Assembly (NCBI GenBank): GCA_012729815.1 | Contig: JAAYCJ010000133.1 | Location: 3,956-67,955 of the forward strand | DNA from: Phycisphaerae bacterium | GTDB lineage: Bacteria > Planctomycetota > Phycisphaerae > JAAYCJ01 | Length of the DNA: 64,000 nucleotides | Direction: 5' to 3' | Part shown: one piece after another, positions 18,472 through 28,900 of the stretch | How positions within the stretch are numbered: the first letter of the stretch is position 1 | Layout of the letters: the number at the start of each line of letters is the position of its first letter | Notes under the pieces: model-generated | Told to the model about the DNA's origin: nothing | Database searches by the model: none | Seen by the model: only the letters and a program-made list of their open reading frames with translations | Translations under genes and position numbers: made by a program

Positions 18472-19554
18472 TCAACCAGCGCATCGGGTGGTCGGTGAAG
18501 TCTGCTCAGCGTTCATCTGGTACGGCAGTTCGAACTGGTGCTGTTGCGGGTTGGGAACCCTGTCGGTTGTAAGGATCAGTTCTCCGGTCGCTGAGTCGAT
18601 AGTCCGCACTTCTACGACGTTCTTGTCCGGGGCGAACCGCACCACCCTCAGGCCGCCCGTGCCGTAATCCGAGAGCAGGGCGTGGACGCGGTTGCCGTAA
18701 TCGGCGGTGCGGGTGTCGTGAAGGGCTTGGGTTCGCGACTGGTCGCCGCAAAAGATCAGGCCGACGTTGGCGTGTTTGCGGAATAGTTTGTCCCACATCT
18801 GCTCGGCGCTGTTGCCGTCGCGGTGGCGTTTGTGCCACTTCATCCAGCCCTTGGCGCCGGTGATGAACTCGTCGGGTTTGACGGGTTTGTCGATCGGGCC
18901 GAGAACCATGTGCGTGGTGATCAGGGCTTTGCGGTCGGCATGCTTCGTGAGCAGGTCGTCTGCCCATTCGAGCACTCGGTCCGGCGCGTTGCATTCGAGA
19001 TGCAAAAAGATGAAGTCCATGCCGCCGGCGCTGAAGAGCTGGCAACTGTTGGCGTTGTTGCCGCAGAATCCAGGTTTGTCGCTGGGATAACAACCGGCGT
19101 ACCAGGGGAATTCGGCGAAACTGTCGGCTGGGAAGTGCTTCTGGAACAGGCTGCTGTCGCCGGTTGCTCTCATGTCGTGGTTGCCGGGGCTGATGCCGAA
19201 GGGGACCTTTCCTCGCAGCGTGTCCATGTGGGTTTTGGCGACCTTCCACTGCTGGTCGCTGTCCACGTCGACGATGTCGCCGACGTGGGTGACGAAGACG
19301 ATCTTCTGGGTTTCAAGGTTCCGGATGATCCAGCGGACGTGGTTTCTGAAGATGACGTTCTTGAGCCGCCGCCGGCCATTTGGGTCCGAGGCGGAGTCGT
19401 TTTGTTGGTAGGCTTGGGTGTCCGGGATGACCACGATGCTGAACGTTCCGTCCGGAGCGGGGCCGAGTTGTTCCGCCGCCGCCGCGGTCGCTGGGATGGC
19501 TGTCAGGGCGAAGAGGGCGGAGGCGATCCATACGATCGGGCTGTGGCGGTTCAT
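18472..19554 (-). CDS. secreted calcineurin-like metallophosphoesterase
   Basis: The signal peptide is MNRHSPIVWIASALFALTAIPATAAA. Phosphoesterase blocks are present: VVIPDTQ, VTHVGDIVD and GNHD. Confidence 0.8.
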   Translation of the reverse strand: MNRHSPIVWIASALFALTAIPATAAAAEQLGPAPDGTFSIVVIPDTQAYQQNDSASDPNGRRRLKNVIFRNHVRWIIRNLETQKIVFVTHVGDIVDVDSDQQWKVAKTHMDTLRGKVPFGISPGNHDMRATGDSSLFQKHFPADSFAEFPWYAGCYPSDKPGFCGNNANSCQLFSAGGMDFIFLHLECNAPDRVLEWADDLLTKHADRKALITTHMVLGPIDKPVKPDEFITGAKGWMKWHKRHRDGNSAEQMWDKLFRKHANVGLIFCGDQSRTQALHDTRTADYGNRVHALLSDYGTGGLRVVRFAPDKNVVEVRTIDSATGELILTTDRVPNPQQHQFELPYQMNAEQTSPTTRCAG

Positions 19555-19842
19555 GGGAGAATCCTCGAAAAGCAGCGCCGGTTCTTCCTGTCAGATTCTG
19601 AGGATAGGGTCTGATCCCGGCGATGGCAAGGGCTTGCAGCCGAACGCGGAATTGCGTCGGCTTGCGGTCAGCAGGCGGACGGATTGGCGTGGGAAGGCGG
19701 CAACGCGGGTTTTTTGGGCGGAACCAGCCGAAGGCGCGTTGGTATAATGATCCTCCACTCCGGTCGGCTGCACGGCGGCGCAGGGCCATGACGGGACCGG
19801 ACGGGCTATTGGTTTGATGACGGTTGGAGCAGAGGATCACGG

Positions 19843-21891
19843 ATGACGTTGCGGGCGGTGTTGTTGGGACTGCTGGGCGGGGCGGTCTTCTGCGGATTCA
19901 CCTATTTCAACGACTCGGTGATGCTCCAGACGATGCTGATCGGCAACCACATGCCGGTTTCGGCCTATGGCGGGCTGCTGCTTTTTGTCCTGGCGGCCAA
20001 TCCGGTGCTGTTCTGGCTTCACCGGCGGCTGGCGCTTTCGGGGCGCGAGCTGGCGGTGGTTCTGGCGTTGACGCTGGTCGCCTGCTGCATTCCGGGGTCG
20101 GGTCTGTTGCGGACGTTCACCACGAATTTGATGATGCCGCAGCACTACGCCCGCACGCAGCCGGGCTGGTCGGAGCAGGGGCTGCTGGAGATGTTGCCGG
20201 AGGTCATGCTGCCGGAGACGGCGGACGAGAAGGTGATCAATGGATTTGTAAGCGGGATGCGAAAGGGGACGCGGCACATCGGTCTGGACCAGGTGCCGTG
20301 GTCGGCTTGGCGGGATTCGCTGGGTTTCTGGCTGATTCTGATTCTGTCGTTGTGGGTGGGGCTGATCGGGCTGGCGTTGGTGGTTCATCGGCAGTGGTCG
20401 GACCACGAGCAGTTGCCATACCCGGTGGCCCGGTTCGCCGATTCGCTGCTGCCGGGTCAGGGGGGGATGTGGGGCGAGGTGTTGGGCAGTCGCCTGTTTT
20501 GGCTGGGGCTTTGCGCGGTGGCGGCGATTCACCTGTACAACTACGCTGCGTTCTGGTCTCCCGCCCACCTGGTTCCGATCCAGCTTCAGGTCGATATCCG
20601 TTCGCTGGCGGACCTGTTTCCGACGTTCAAGCTCGGTCTGGGCGGATTCGGCGGGCCTTATCTGGTCACGCCTCACCTGTATTTCATCGTGATCGGTTTT
20701 GCGTATCTGCTGGCGACGGACGTGTCGCTGTCGTTGGGGATCGGGCCGTACCTCTGGCCGTGGGTGTTGGGTTTGACCGCAGCGTCCGGCTATTCGCTGG
20801 CGGGCGGAGGGTATCTGTCGCTTCAGGCCGTGACGTTTCTGAATTTCGGCGCGTACGTGGGGCTGTTCCTGGTGCTGATCTACACCGGGCGGCACTACTA
20901 CAGCCACGTATTCCGCCGGGCGCTGCTGCTGCCTTCGGCGCAGGCGGTCGAGTCGCACTCGGTGTGGGGCGCTCGGGTATTTCTGGCGTGCCTGGCGGCG
21001 TTCGTGACCATGCTGGCGGCGGCCGGCCTGGACTGGCCGCTTGCGTTTCTGTATGCGGCGGGCGCGGTGGTCATCTACCTGGTGATGGGCCGGATCATCG
21101 CGGAGACGGGGATGTTCTTCATCCAGGCGTATTGCTTTCCGTGCGTGATTCTCTGGGGCGTGTTCGGGGCTGTGGCGCTGGGGCCGCAGGCGCTGCTGAT
21201 CCTGCTGGTCTTGACGGCGGTGCTGCTGGCCGATCCGCGGGAGACGCTGATGCCGTTTGCGATCAACTCGCTCAAGATCGTGGACCTTCGGCGGGTCAGC
21301 GTGGGTCGGACGGCCGGTTTGGCCGTCGTGGCGCTGGTGGTCGGGTTGGCGATCGCGGTTCCCACGACGCTGTACTTTCAGTATGACCGCGGGGCCAACA
21401 TGGCCGACGCATGGGCAACCCGCGCGGACCAACTGCCCGGCATGCCGTACAAGGAAGTGCTCAACGTCAAGCATCGTTTGGCCGCTCAGGGCGTTCTCGA
21501 ACGATCGGAAGCGGTTTCGGGCTGGTCGCGATTTGCGGAGATGGCGCCCGGCTGGCGGTACGTAGCCGTATTCGGCGTCGGGATGGCCCTGGTGCTGGTG
21601 ATGACGGCCGGTCGGCTGCGGGTTGCCCGCTGGCCGCTGCACCCGGTGATGTTTCTGGTGTGGAACAGCTATGGCGCGTGCAACTTCGCGTTTTCGTTTT
21701 TGGTCGGATGGTTCATCAAGAGCGCGATCACCCGGTACGGCGGAGCGGCGGTCTACCAGAAGGTCAAGCCGCTGATGTTCGGGCTGATCGCCGGTGAACT
21801 GCTGGGCGGGTTCGTGCCGGTGATCATCGGGGCGATCTGCTACCTGGTGACGGGCGAACCGCCGAGGCGGTTTTTTGTCCTGCCGCTATAG
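19843..21891 (+). CDS. polytopic membrane protein, OPT-superfamily-like (possibly DUF6785/DUF6784 type)
   Basis: 682 aa with at least 12 hydrophobic segments. It has an EQLPYP motif after a TM segment. Its C-terminal block WFIKSAITRYGGAAVYQKVKPLMFGLIAGELLGG is shared with the 30757-32766 product. Confidence 0.7.
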   Translation: MTLRAVLLGLLGGAVFCGFTYFNDSVMLQTMLIGNHMPVSAYGGLLLFVLAANPVLFWLHRRLALSGRELAVVLALTLVACCIPGSGLLRTFTTNLMMPQHYARTQPGWSEQGLLEMLPEVMLPETADEKVINGFVSGMRKGTRHIGLDQVPWSAWRDSLGFWLILILSLWVGLIGLALVVHRQWSDHEQLPYPVARFADSLLPGQGGMWGEVLGSRLFWLGLCAVAAIHLYNYAAFWSPAHLVPIQLQVDIRSLADLFPTFKLGLGGFGGPYLVTPHLYFIVIGFAYLLATDVSLSLGIGPYLWPWVLGLTAASGYSLAGGGYLSLQAVTFLNFGAYVGLFLVLIYTGRHYYSHVFRRALLLPSAQAVESHSVWGARVFLACLAAFVTMLAAAGLDWPLAFLYAAGAVVIYLVMGRIIAETGMFFIQAYCFPCVILWGVFGAVALGPQALLILLVLTAVLLADPRETLMPFAINSLKIVDLRRVSVGRTAGLAVVALVVGLAIAVPTTLYFQYDRGANMADAWATRADQLPGMPYKEVLNVKHRLAAQGVLERSEAVSGWSRFAEMAPGWRYVAVFGVGMALVLVMTAGRLRVARWPLHPVMFLVWNSYGACNFAFSFLVGWFIKSAITRYGGAAVYQKVKPLMFGLIAGELLGGFVPVIIGAICYLVTGEPPRRFFVLPL

Positions 21892-22026
21892 GCGGTGTAA
21901 AACGGTGGTCGCGAGGCAAGACGGTAGTGTATGATGATACCGGTGACGGCAGGCATACGATTGGTTGGACACTGGCATCCAGGACGGCCTTCACGCAGAC
22001 TGATGGCCGACGATCGGGCGGTGTGA

Positions 22027-22914
22027 ATGACGTTATGGACATGGCGGCATATTCGGATTGAGCTTCCCGACGACTGGGAGATGCTCCAGTTTTCGCGGAA
22101 GACGGACGTGGGCCGGTGCGGCTTCGCCGACCGGTATCAGTTTCGGTTGGAGCTGAGCTGGCGCAAGGTGATCGGTCCGCCGGACTACAACCGGATGCTC
22201 TCGGATTACCAAGCCAAGCTGGAGCGCGAGCGGGGGATGGAGAACAGCCGGCGAATCGCCACTGCCGGCTGGCAGGGGCTCGAGGGACGGATCGGGTCGC
22301 AGATGACAAGCCGGTTTGGATGGTACGCACCGACCGAGTCGCTGCTGCTCGAGGCGGTCTTTGTCTGGCCGCAGGACCGCGACAAGGGACTGGAACGGTT
22401 GGTGCTCGCCAGCATCGGCGAAGAGCCGGTCCGATCAGACGGTCTACGGCCGTGGCGGGCGTTTGGGATGAACGTGCTGGCTTCGGACGATCTGAGCCTT
22501 CAGGATTGCCAGGTCGAACCGGGTCTGGCGAAGCTGGTCTTCGGCCGGCCGAATTCCGAGAAGTTCCGCGAGACCTTCGAGCGTATCGGCATGGTCTCGC
22601 ACTGGCTGAATGGGACGGTGCGCGAGTGGCTGCTGGGCCGGCTTGAAGTCGAGGCGCGCGAGCCGCAGGCTGCTACGGACCGGATTGCCGATCACCAGAT
22701 TGAAACGGTATTGGTGGATTCGACGAACCGTCGAGGCGGTCGAAGCTGGTTCGGCAGGGGGGGCTGCTACCGGACGGCGGCGTGGATTTGTCCGACCGAC
22801 GGCCGTCTCTACCGGATTTCCGAGCGGCGGCCGACCGCCAGAACCTCCGACAATCTTCCCCTGGCCGGCGGCCGGCTCTGTTGCTGCAAAAGCTTGAGCG
22901 AGACTTATGGCTAA
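22027..22914 (+). CDS. hypothetical soluble protein (no recognisable domain)
   Basis: 295-aa ORF with no TM segment or signal peptide. Its last 8 nt overlap the start of the PqqD-like gene (ATGGCTAA), so the two are translationally coupled. Confidence 0.6.
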   Translation: MTLWTWRHIRIELPDDWEMLQFSRKTDVGRCGFADRYQFRLELSWRKVIGPPDYNRMLSDYQAKLERERGMENSRRIATAGWQGLEGRIGSQMTSRFGWYAPTESLLLEAVFVWPQDRDKGLERLVLASIGEEPVRSDGLRPWRAFGMNVLASDDLSLQDCQVEPGLAKLVFGRPNSEKFRETFERIGMVSHWLNGTVREWLLGRLEVEAREPQAATDRIADHQIETVLVDSTNRRGGRSWFGRGGCYRTAAWICPTDGRLYRISERRPTARTSDNLPLAGGRLCCCKSLSETYG

Positions 22915-23290
22915 AAGAAAAGTAACGGCACAGGAACCGGACCAGTCGTGGCAAAAGATGCTGCTGGCCCGGCCGGTGCGGAACGCAGCGGCCAAGGTGT
23001 CGGCCTGCAGCGACGGCTGCCTGCGGATCGCGATTCCCAACCTTCGGCCGTGGTATCTGTTTCCGCCGATTTCCTGGATGGTCCGGCCCGCGGCGAGCAA
23101 GTCCCTGGTGCTCGAAGGGCTGGGGGCGGAAGTATGGGATTTGTGCGACGGCCGTCGGACGGTTGAGGAGGTGACCGATTGCTTCGCCGCCCGCCATAGC
23201 CTGTCTTTTCACGAATCCCGCGTTTCGATCACCGGATATTTGCGTCTTTTGGTGCAGCGCGGTGCGTTGGCGATGGTAGAAGAGGCTTGA
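22907..23290 (+). CDS. PqqD-family (RiPP-recognition-element-like) small protein
   Basis: LVLEGLGAEVWDLCDGRRTVEEVTDCFAARHSLSFHESRVSITGYLRLLVQRGALAMV matches the PqqD winged-helix pattern (x-LN-x-G-x-IW-x-L-DG-x-T-x-EI ... L-x-x-G-L). Confidence 0.65.
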   Translation: MAKRKVTAQEPDQSWQKMLLARPVRNAAAKVSACSDGCLRIAIPNLRPWYLFPPISWMVRPAASKSLVLEGLGAEVWDLCDGRRTVEEVTDCFAARHSLSFHESRVSITGYLRLLVQRGALAMVEEA

Positions 23291-23519
23291 TGCGGTCAGC
23301 GACCGCTGCGGCGGTGAAGTCTGAGCAGTTGCAGTGATGTTTCGGTCCGGCCCCGTCAGAGGCAGCATGGCGGGCATTTAACCGGTTGCTCTCGAAGGAG
23401 TTGCGAGGTATGCTGGAGGGCCTGTCCGACCGTCGGACGAGGTGGATGGGCGACGCCGCAGGAGCGAAGGCCCCTGGTGCTCGGATAGGACACGCGACAC
23501 CGACAGGAACCAGAACTTA

Positions 23520-24992
23520 ATGAAGGTCATCGACATTCAGCAGCAGCCGACGATGGGGTTTTCTCGAACCCTTTCGATCACCATCATCGGGATTCGCTAT
23601 CGGCTGTTTCGCTCGCTGGTGACGGTGGTGGTCATTGCGGTGGCGGTGGCCTTTCTGATGAATATCGTAGGGGAGAGTCTGATCCGTAAATCGGTGCTGG
23701 AGAACAGCGCCGATCGCCTGCGCGAACTGCGGCACGCGGCGGTCTGGGCTGCGCGGCTTTCGGTGCCGGGCACAGCCGAGGACATCATTTTGAATCTGGG
23801 CAAGGCCGAGCCGGATTCTCCACTCTACCAGGAATCGCAGGTCCTGGCCGGATTCGACCCCGGCGAGATGCAGGCAGTTCACGAGCAGGTTTGCCGGGCG
23901 GCGGAGTACCTGACGTTCTTCGGCGAGCTGGACTACGGCCGGAGACGCCGGATGGTCGCCGGCGCCGAGGGTTCGGATATCTTCAGAAGCCTCCGTGAGA
24001 CCGGTCGGATGGAGCGGTTCGAGGACGCCCTGGCCGGCATGAAGTCGGTGCGGTTTCCGGGAACGATTGAGCAGTTCAGGGATTTCGTGGGTCAGTGGCC
24101 GGAGATCGAAGGCCGCGTTCAGCGGATTCGGGAGGGTCGTCGGCAGGCCATCCGGCAGGTGCGGGAGGTTCTGGATGGGCGTCCGGTGGTGGACGCGCTG
24201 ACCGACGCGACGGGTCAGTTCGGCCAGGCGGTCCGGGCGGCGGGTTTTCGACTCGGTGAGGATGAGGCCGGCGCGGTGGCCCGCGAGGCGCGGCGGATGG
24301 TGGACGTTCGCATTCTCGAGGACAGCGTGAACAAACCGGCGATACGCAAGGCGCTGTCATCCCGGCTGGACGTGCTGCCGGCGGACGTGACGGTTCAGAC
24401 GCTTTGGGATTTCGTGGGCAGCCGCGAGAACGCCGAGTGGTACCTGGCGAAGATGCGGGAGGGTGAACTGGACACGGCGGGCCTGACCGTCGAGCGGACA
24501 GTGGAACTGGCGGGCGTGGACGCTGAGTTCGCGAGCCTGGTGCGGGCTGAGCATCTGGGCGGCGACCTGAGCGGCGGATTTCTGGGCGTCGGCGAACGGA
24601 TGACCTGGCTGATGCTGGTCTCGATGCTGGTCTGCGTGGTCGGCATCGCCAACGCCATGCTGATGTCGGTGACGGAACGGTTTCGGGAAATCGCGACGCT
24701 CAAGTGCCTCGGGGCGCTGGACGGTTCGATCATGCTGATGTTCGTGCTCGAGGCGGCCCTGTTGGGCGTGGTGGGCGGCGTGATGGGAGCGGTCGGCGGC
24801 GTGCTGATCGCTTTGGGCCGGATGATCGGCTCGTTCGGATCATTGATGTTCGGCGCGACTCCGGCGGGCGACCTGACGGCGGCGGCGATTGCAGCCACGG
24901 TGGTGGGCGTGGTGCTGGCGGCGGTCGCGGCGGTCTATCCTTCGTTCAAGGCGGCGCGGCTTGCGCCGATGGAGGCGATGCGCATCGAGTAG
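23520..24992 (+). CDS. FtsX/MacB-type (type VII) ABC permease with large atypical loop
   Basis: The N-terminal TM is LFRSLVTVVVIAVAVAFLMNIV, followed by a charged loop of about 320 aa. The C-terminal FtsX block is MLMSVTERFREIATLKCLGA...AAVYPSFKAARLAPMEAMRIE. An alternative GTG start exists at 23442. Confidence 0.85.
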   Translation: MKVIDIQQQPTMGFSRTLSITIIGIRYRLFRSLVTVVVIAVAVAFLMNIVGESLIRKSVLENSADRLRELRHAAVWAARLSVPGTAEDIILNLGKAEPDSPLYQESQVLAGFDPGEMQAVHEQVCRAAEYLTFFGELDYGRRRRMVAGAEGSDIFRSLRETGRMERFEDALAGMKSVRFPGTIEQFRDFVGQWPEIEGRVQRIREGRRQAIRQVREVLDGRPVVDALTDATGQFGQAVRAAGFRLGEDEAGAVAREARRMVDVRILEDSVNKPAIRKALSSRLDVLPADVTVQTLWDFVGSRENAEWYLAKMREGELDTAGLTVERTVELAGVDAEFASLVRAEHLGGDLSGGFLGVGERMTWLMLVSMLVCVVGIANAMLMSVTERFREIATLKCLGALDGSIMLMFVLEAALLGVVGGVMGAVGGVLIALGRMIGSFGSLMFGATPAGDLTAAAIAATVVGVVLAAVAAVYPSFKAARLAPMEAMRIE

Positions 24993-25049
24993 CGAAACGG
25001 ATCCGGGGCCTCGGAGGGCTTCGGTCACCAAACCCAAGTGCGGTTGACG

Positions 25050-25895
25050 ATGGCGAAGAAAAACAAAGCAACCAGGACATCGAGCGAAAAGGGCGGAACG
25101 GCGCAGGTCGCGACTGTGGCCCAGACCCAGCCGCAACCGGCGGCCAGGTCCGGCGGCGATGAGCGGCGGGTCATCATCCGGGCGATCGCGTTAAAGAAGT
25201 CCTATATGCAGAAGGAGGTCGAGACGCAGGCCCTGCGAGGGGTCAACGTCGAGATCTACACCGGCGAGTTCATCTCGGTGATGGGGCCGTCGGGTTCAGG
25301 CAAGAGCACGTTTTTCAACATGATCGGGGCTCTGGACAGCCCGACCAGCGGGCGGGTGTTCATCGACGAGGTGGACGTGGCGCAGTTGACGGCGGTGGAG
25401 CTGGCGTTTCTGCGCTGCCGCAAGATCGGCTACATCTTTCAGAGCTACAACCTGATTCAGTACATGACGGCGTTGGAGAATGTGACCACGCCGATGGCGT
25501 TCGCCGGAGTCGGTCCGGACGAGGCGCGGGTTCGCGGCATGTCGCTGCTGGAGATCGTGGGCCTCAAGGAGCGGTGGTTCCATCGCCCGATCGAGATGTC
25601 CGGCGGCCAGCAGCAGCGGGTGGCGATCGCCCGGTCGATGGCCAACAACCCGAGCATTCTGCTGTGCGACGAGCCGACGGCCAACCTGGACCTGCACACC
25701 GGGCGGGAGATTCTCACCATTCTTCAGCGGCTGAACCGCGAGCGGGGCGTGACCATCATTTGCGCGACCCATGACCACCGGATGCTGGACATCTGCGACC
25801 GGCTGATGTGGATTCGCGACGGGCAGATCGAGCGGATCGCCCGGCGCGACGAGGTCCACATCGAGGTCGGAGCGATCGACGACGAAGAGCACTAG
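25050..25895 (+). CDS. ABC transporter ATP-binding protein (MacB/LolD class)
   Basis: Walker A is GPSGSGKST, the signature is [14 protein letters not shown], and Walker B is ILLCDEPTANLD. A low-complexity N-terminal tail of about 45 aa precedes the ATPase core. Confidence 0.9.
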   Translation: MAKKNKATRTSSEKGGTAQVATVAQTQPQPAARSGGDERRVIIRAIALKKSYMQKEVETQALRGVNVEIYTGEFISVMGPSGSGKSTFFNMIGALDSPTSGRVFIDEVDVAQLTAVELAFLRCRKIGYIFQSYNLIQYMTALENVTTPMAFAGVGPDEARVRGMSLLEIVGLKERWFHRPIEMSGGQQQRVAIARSMANNPSILLCDEPTANLDLHTGREILTILQRLNRERGVTIICATHDHRMLDICDRLMWIRDGQIERIARRDEVHIEVGAIDDEEH

Positions 25896-25900
25896 AGACC

Positions 25901-28900
25901 ATGCGGAAAACGACCAACACGAATGGGACCCTCTCGCGGAGCGCGGCGATTGCCGTTGCGATCGCGCTGTCTGTGATTCCGGTGGCGCGGGGGCGCGCGG
26001 ATGTGGCGCAGTTTCAGAAGGATTGCGCCGAGCTGACCGCCTCGCCCCATCGGCTGACCGGAACCAAGGAGTACCGTCAGGCGGCGGAATACGTTCGTGG
26101 GCGGCTTGAGGGGATCGGGGCCGACGCGGTGGTGGTCCAGGAATTTCCCGCGGCCCAGACGCGAACCAACCGCTGCGAGATTCAGATCGCCGGCGGCGAG
26201 GACGGCGGGACGCGGCGGCTGGAGCTGTTCGCGATCCGCCCGAACGGGATCGTGCCGCCGGTGACTCCGGAGGGCGGGATCACGGGGCCGATCCTCCACG
26301 CCGGGACCGGGCGGCCCGAGCACTACGGAACCCGCAGCCCGCGCGGGTGCATCGTCGTGCTCGACTACAACAGCGGCCGGGAGTGGCTGCGGGCGTTTCG
26401 GTTGGGGGCCAAGGCGGTGATCTTCGTCCGCGAGGGCGACCTGCGGGCCTCGGAGTCGCACGTGCTGTCCGCCGACACCAACCTGCTGCGGTTCTACTAT
26501 AACGGTTCGCGGCAGGACTTGCCCGAAGGGGCCAAGGCCACCATCCACAGCGAGGTGGTCTGGGAGCGGGTGGCCGGGCGCAATGTGTTCGGATTTTTCC
26601 GCGGGACCGACCCGCGGTTCGCGATGGGGGCTGATGAGGTGCTGGTGGCGGCGGCCAACCTGGACAGTTTTGGCGAGGCGCCGCAGATCAGTCCCGGCGC
26701 CCGCGGCGCGGCCAACTGCGCCGGGTTGCTCGCGTTCGCCGAGCACATCAAGACCAACCGCCCGAGGCGGCACGTGCTGGTCGCGTTTCTGGACGCCCAG
26801 GCCCGCGGGCACATGGGAAGCTGCGCGTTCTACCGGGCCTTGGACAAACGGCATGCGAAGGTGACCACCGAAGCCCGCCAAGGCTATCTGGATCGTGAGC
26901 GGAGTTTTCTGACCGCGATCGAAAAGGTGCTTGCCCAGGCCGAGCCCCTCCAGGCCGTTGCCCCGTCCGCGGTGCGTGGAGAACTGACCGAGCGGCTCGA
27001 GCGGAAGGCTGAGGAACACGCCTATGACCTGACCGACCGGCTGGCCGGGCTTCGCGAGCAGCGGCAGGCGCTTGAGAATGACTCGCCGAAGTACCAGGAA
27101 ATCCAGGCCCGGATCGACGAGGCGGAGCAGCGCAAGGACGAGTGGAACGACGTGCGCCGGGCTCTTCTGGATACCAAGGCGCCGGTGGCTCAGAACCTTC
27201 GCGATGAATTCGACCAGGTCTTCGACGAGGTCCGCGAGGACATCCGCATTCGGATGGTCCAACTCGACTTCGACGAGGGGGGTCTTGACGCCGACGTCCG
27301 GCTCAATGAGTTGATCGGCGACGACTGGATCTGCCTGCACACCTCGTTCCTGTTCGGCGACGCGACGGCCCGCTGGGGATTGCTGATCGGAGGCGACTCG
27401 TACTTCCATTCGGACAAGGATAACCCGGGCCTTTACAGCAGCGTTCAGCGGGACTTCCTGGCGGCCTGCGACGGCCTCAAGGCGGGCGGACGTGAGATTG
27501 GAAGTTTCGAGCGGGCCTCGGCCGACGGGATGCTGAGCGCTCCGCGGCTGCTGTTGACCGCGCCCTTTCTGATCCACAGCGGGGAGATCGCCGGGCGGAT
27601 GGGCATCTACAACCTGGCCCTGGGTACGGTCCAGGAGGACCTGTCGCGCGAGGGCACTCCGGACGACACGCTGGACCGGCTTGACCTGGCGCGGATGGCG
27701 AGCCAGATCGGGGAGGCTTCGGAACTGCTGGGGGCGGTGGCCAGCGAGGAGGGGCTCTCGCAGCACAGATCGGTGGCGCAGGAACGGGGATACATCTGGC
27801 CGCAATTCAGCGGCAACCGCGCCGAAGGGGCGATGGCAATGGGCAAGCCTCCGGGCAGCTCGATGCCGACCAAGCCGATGACCGGGGCGGTGGTCAAGCT
27901 GCCGCCTCAGCCGGGCGCCCGCTACATGTACCAACCCTGCAAATCGTACGGTTTTGACAACTTTCAGGTGATGCTGACCGACCAGAACGGCTGCTACGCC
28001 TTCGGTCCGATCATCGACCTGGCGCTGCTACCCAGCGGTATGGCCCTCATGTTCGATTCGCGCGGGCTTCCCACGTACGCCAGCACACAGGAGTCGGCCA
28101 TCGAGGCTCAGACGCGGCTGGAAATGTTCCCCTGCCGGTGGGGCCGGGTGCTGTTGCCGCCGCTGCTGGAGATCCTGGAGGCCAAGCCGCTGGACGGCAT
28201 GGGTAACAGCCTGCTCGATCCGTCCAAGTCCTTTTTCGCCACCTCCGACGGCGTGGTGTTCTGGTACTGCGAGGACAAGGTCAGATCGGTCAAGGTGTTC
28301 GGCGAGCGGTCGCAGGCCCTGTTCGTCAACGGTCCCGAGTCGCTGGAGGGGAACTACCGGGACCTGATCAAGGACGATCAGTACCTTGGCGACGGACTGC
28401 CCACCGACGACCCGTGGATGACGGTGGACGCGAGCCGGCGGTTTAGTTCGGACCTCTGGCGGCTCAACGAGGCGCGTCTGGCGGTGCTGCGGTCGCGGGA
28501 CATCATGAACAGTTCGATCGAGGAGTTGCACGGCCGCTCGGAAGACCTGATGACGGCGGCCGAGGGGACCGAGCCGATCGAGGTCGGCGAGGCCCTGGCC
28601 GCCTCGTGCGGCATGGCTGAGCTGCCGGTTTACGTCGATACGCGCAAGACGCTGGACGACCTGGTGCGGGCGGTGCTGGTGCTGCTGGCCCTGTCGGTGC
28701 CGTTCGCGTTCGCGTTGGAGCGGCTGCTGATCGGCTCGACCAACGTTTACCGGCAGATCCTGTGGTTCGTCTTCATCTTCACCTTGACGTTCCTGGTGCT
28801 GTTCTTCACGCACCCGGCGTTCGCGGTGTCCAAGACCCCGATCATCATCTTCCTGGGTTTCGCGGTGGTGGTGCTTTCGTCGCTGGTGATCTTCATCATC

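Noticed and set aside
23442-23519. GTG 23442 as the FtsX permease start, giving a 26-aa Arg-rich N-terminal extension.
   Set aside because: ATG 23520 yields an N-terminus of normal length before TM1. The extension is low in complexity and has no RBS. I cannot exclude it, and it would overlap the third micro-ORF.
25901-27000. The N-terminal M28/PA region of the giant protein as an active aminopeptidase.
   Set aside because: The positions that align with the zinc ligands and catalytic Glu (HxD, bridging D, EE) read NLD, G/A and QA. I therefore call it a pseudo-peptidase domain rather than an enzyme.
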